Shown in pieces: positions 40,299 to 41,987 of a DNA stretch of 41,987 nt. The notes beneath the pieces were generated by a model, which worked only from the letters and a program-made list of their open reading frames with translations, did no database searches and was not told the DNA's origin. Numbering within the stretch: position 1 is the stretch's first letter; each line of letters starts with the position of its first letter. The DNA is from a virus (Duplodnaviria; Heunggongvirae; Uroviricota; Caudoviricetes), in the IMG/VR virus record IMGVR_UViG_647533160_000006, positions 1 to 41,987 of that record. The stretch is one strand, 5' to 3'. The translations under genes and the position numbers were made by a program.

Positions 40299-40739
40299 GA
40301 TACCCTTCAAACCAAATCTACCTTCACCCCGTAAAAGATGGGTTTGGCAGCACACTTGCCCTATATCTACTCATTTTTACTGCAACAGGTTGAAATCTCA
40401 GCACTGTCAGAAAGCGCTGATGACTAAACAGCCCTGGGCCGGGCGATGTAACCATCATACAGAATCCTGATAGCGAAATATGGCGTGACTCGATACTTCA
40501 CTCTGCAATGCATTCCTTGATGAATTCGCAGGCCCGTGATACTCGGGACAGGTCACTGAATGACGACAATGTCCTGGAAATCAGCGAACCGCGTATCCGG
40601 AGTACATTTGAGCGACTGTACCAGAACATGAATGAGGCGTTTGGATTAGGTGATTATTAGTTGGGCTAAGCATTTTTGTATTATTATTTTCCGGTTGAGG
40701 GATATGGAGATATCGACAACAACCGGAAAAAGTTTACGT

Positions 40740-41987
40740 CTATATTGCTGAAGGTACAGGCGTTTCCATAACTATTTGCTCGCGTTTTTTACTCAGGAAG
40801 AAAATGCCAAATAGCAACATCAGGCAGACAATACCCGAAATTGCGAAGAAAACTGTCTGGTAGCCTGCGTGGTCAAAGAGTATCCCAGTCGGCGTTGAAA
40901 GCAGCACAATCCCAAGCGAACTGGCAATTTGAAAACCAATCAGAAAGATCGTCGACGACAGGCGCTTATCAAAGTTTGCCACGCTGTATTTGAAGACGGA
41001 TATGACACAAAGTGGAACCTCAATGGCATGTAACAGCTTCACTAATGAAATAATCCAGGGGTTAACGAACAGCGCGCAGGAAAGGATACGCAACGCCATA
41101 ATCACAACACCGATAAGTAATGCATTTTTTGGCCCTACCCGATTCACAAAGAAAGGAATAATCGCCATGCACAGCGCTTCGAGTACCACCTGGAATGAGT
41201 TGAGATAACCATACAGGCGCGTTCCTACATCGTGTGATTCGAATAAACCTGCATAAAAGACAGGAAAGAGTTGTTGATCAAAAATGTTATAGAAAGACCA
41301 CGTCCCCACAATAAATATGACAAAAACCCAGAAGTTTCGATCCTTGAAAACTGCGATAAAATCCTCTTTTTTTACTCCTCCCGCATCCGCCGCTATGCAC
41401 TGGTGATCCTTATCTTTAAAACGCATGTTGATCATCATAAATACAGCGCCAAATAGCGAGACCAACCAGAAGTTGATATGGGGACTGATACTAAAAAATA
41501 TACCGGCAAAGAACGCGCCAATAGCATAGCCAAAAGATCCCCAAGCGCGCGCTGTTCCATATTCGAAATGAAAATTTCGCGCCATTTTTTCAGTGAAGCT
41601 GTCAAGCAAACCGCAGCCCGCCAGATAACCCAGGCCAAAAAAGAGCGCACCCAGAATTAAACCTACAGAAAAATTGCTTTGCAGTAACGGTTCATAAACG
41701 TAAATCATAAACGGTCCGGTCAAGACCAGGATGAAACTCATACACCAGATGAGCGGTTTCTTTAGACCGAGTTTATCCTGAACGATGCCGTAGAACATCA
41801 TAAATAGAATGCTGGTAAACTGGTTGACCGAATAAAGTGTACCTAATTCCGTCCCTGTCAACCCTAGATGTCCTTTCAGCCAAATAGCGTATAACGACCA
41901 CCACAGCGACCAGGAAATAAAAAAGAGAAATGAGTAACTGGATGCCAAACGATAGTACGCATTTCTGAATGGAATATTCAGTGCCAT
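40740..41987 (-). CDS. cscB: Sucrose:H+ symporter CscB (LacY-family MFS)
   Basis: 415-aa 12-TM protein, start codon at the window edge; MALNIPFRNAYYRLASSYSFLFFISWSLWWSLYAIWLKGH matches my recollection of CscB. Confidence 0.8.
   Translation of the reverse strand: MALNIPFRNAYYRLASSYSFLFFISWSLWWSLYAIWLKGHLGLTGTELGTLYSVNQFTSILFMMFYGIVQDKLGLKKPLIWCMSFILVLTGPFMIYVYEPLLQSNFSVGLILGALFFGLGYLAGCGLLDSFTEKMARNFHFEYGTARAWGSFGYAIGAFFAGIFFSISPHINFWLVSLFGAVFMMINMRFKDKDHQCIAADAGGVKKEDFIAVFKDRNFWVFVIFIVGTWSFYNIFDQQLFPVFYAGLFESHDVGTRLYGYLNSFQVVLEALCMAIIPFFVNRVGPKNALLIGVVIMALRILSCALFVNPWIISLVKLLHAIEVPLCVISVFKYSVANFDKRLSSTIFLIGFQIASSLGIVLLSTPTGILFDHAGYQTVFFAISGIVCLMLLFGIFFLSKKREQIVMETPVPSAI

Overview
This window is an Escherichia coli-type chromosomal segment: yfdC and tRNA-Arg argW on the left, sucrose permease cscB on the right, and between them a ~39 kb apparently intact mosaic prophage integrated in the 3' end of argW. 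The same 15-bp core CTGCAGGGGACACCA sits at about 1069-1083 and 40284-40298. All calls are from reading the sequence and ORF translations and from recalled protein families; no database search was run, and hand-derived coordinates may be off by 1-2 nt. The prophage has an IntS-like integrase at attL and a TorI/AlpA-like excisionase at attR. Its virion module is P22-like (terminase, portal, scaffold, coat, gp4/gp10/needle, gp14, ejection proteins gp7/gp20/gp16, tailspike) and it carries a P22-type immI region (mnt, arc, ant with recognisable Omnt and Oarc operators). Control, replication and lysis are lambda-like: Q with pR' and a short tR', holin S, endolysin R, Rz/Rz1, a nin region with RusA, CII, Cro, a CI-like repressor with OR/OL operators, nutL/nutR, N, Ral, CIII and RecT, plus an O-like initiator with iterons and a primase-helicase in place of lambda P. 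I found no large unexplained multi-gene system. The candidates for something undescribed are small cargo genes in three exclusion-type slots: a PEGA-like lipoprotein plus a membrane-anchored coiled-coil protein between gp16 and mnt, a multi-TM membrane protein co-transcribed with cI, and a cluster of small Cys-rich, acidic and membrane proteins downstream of N. Other oddities are a ~400 bp insertion with a tRNA T-arm fragment between tR' and the holin, a hexanucleotide repeat encoding (Glu-Pro)7, and a tailspike whose receptor-binding part I do not recognise.
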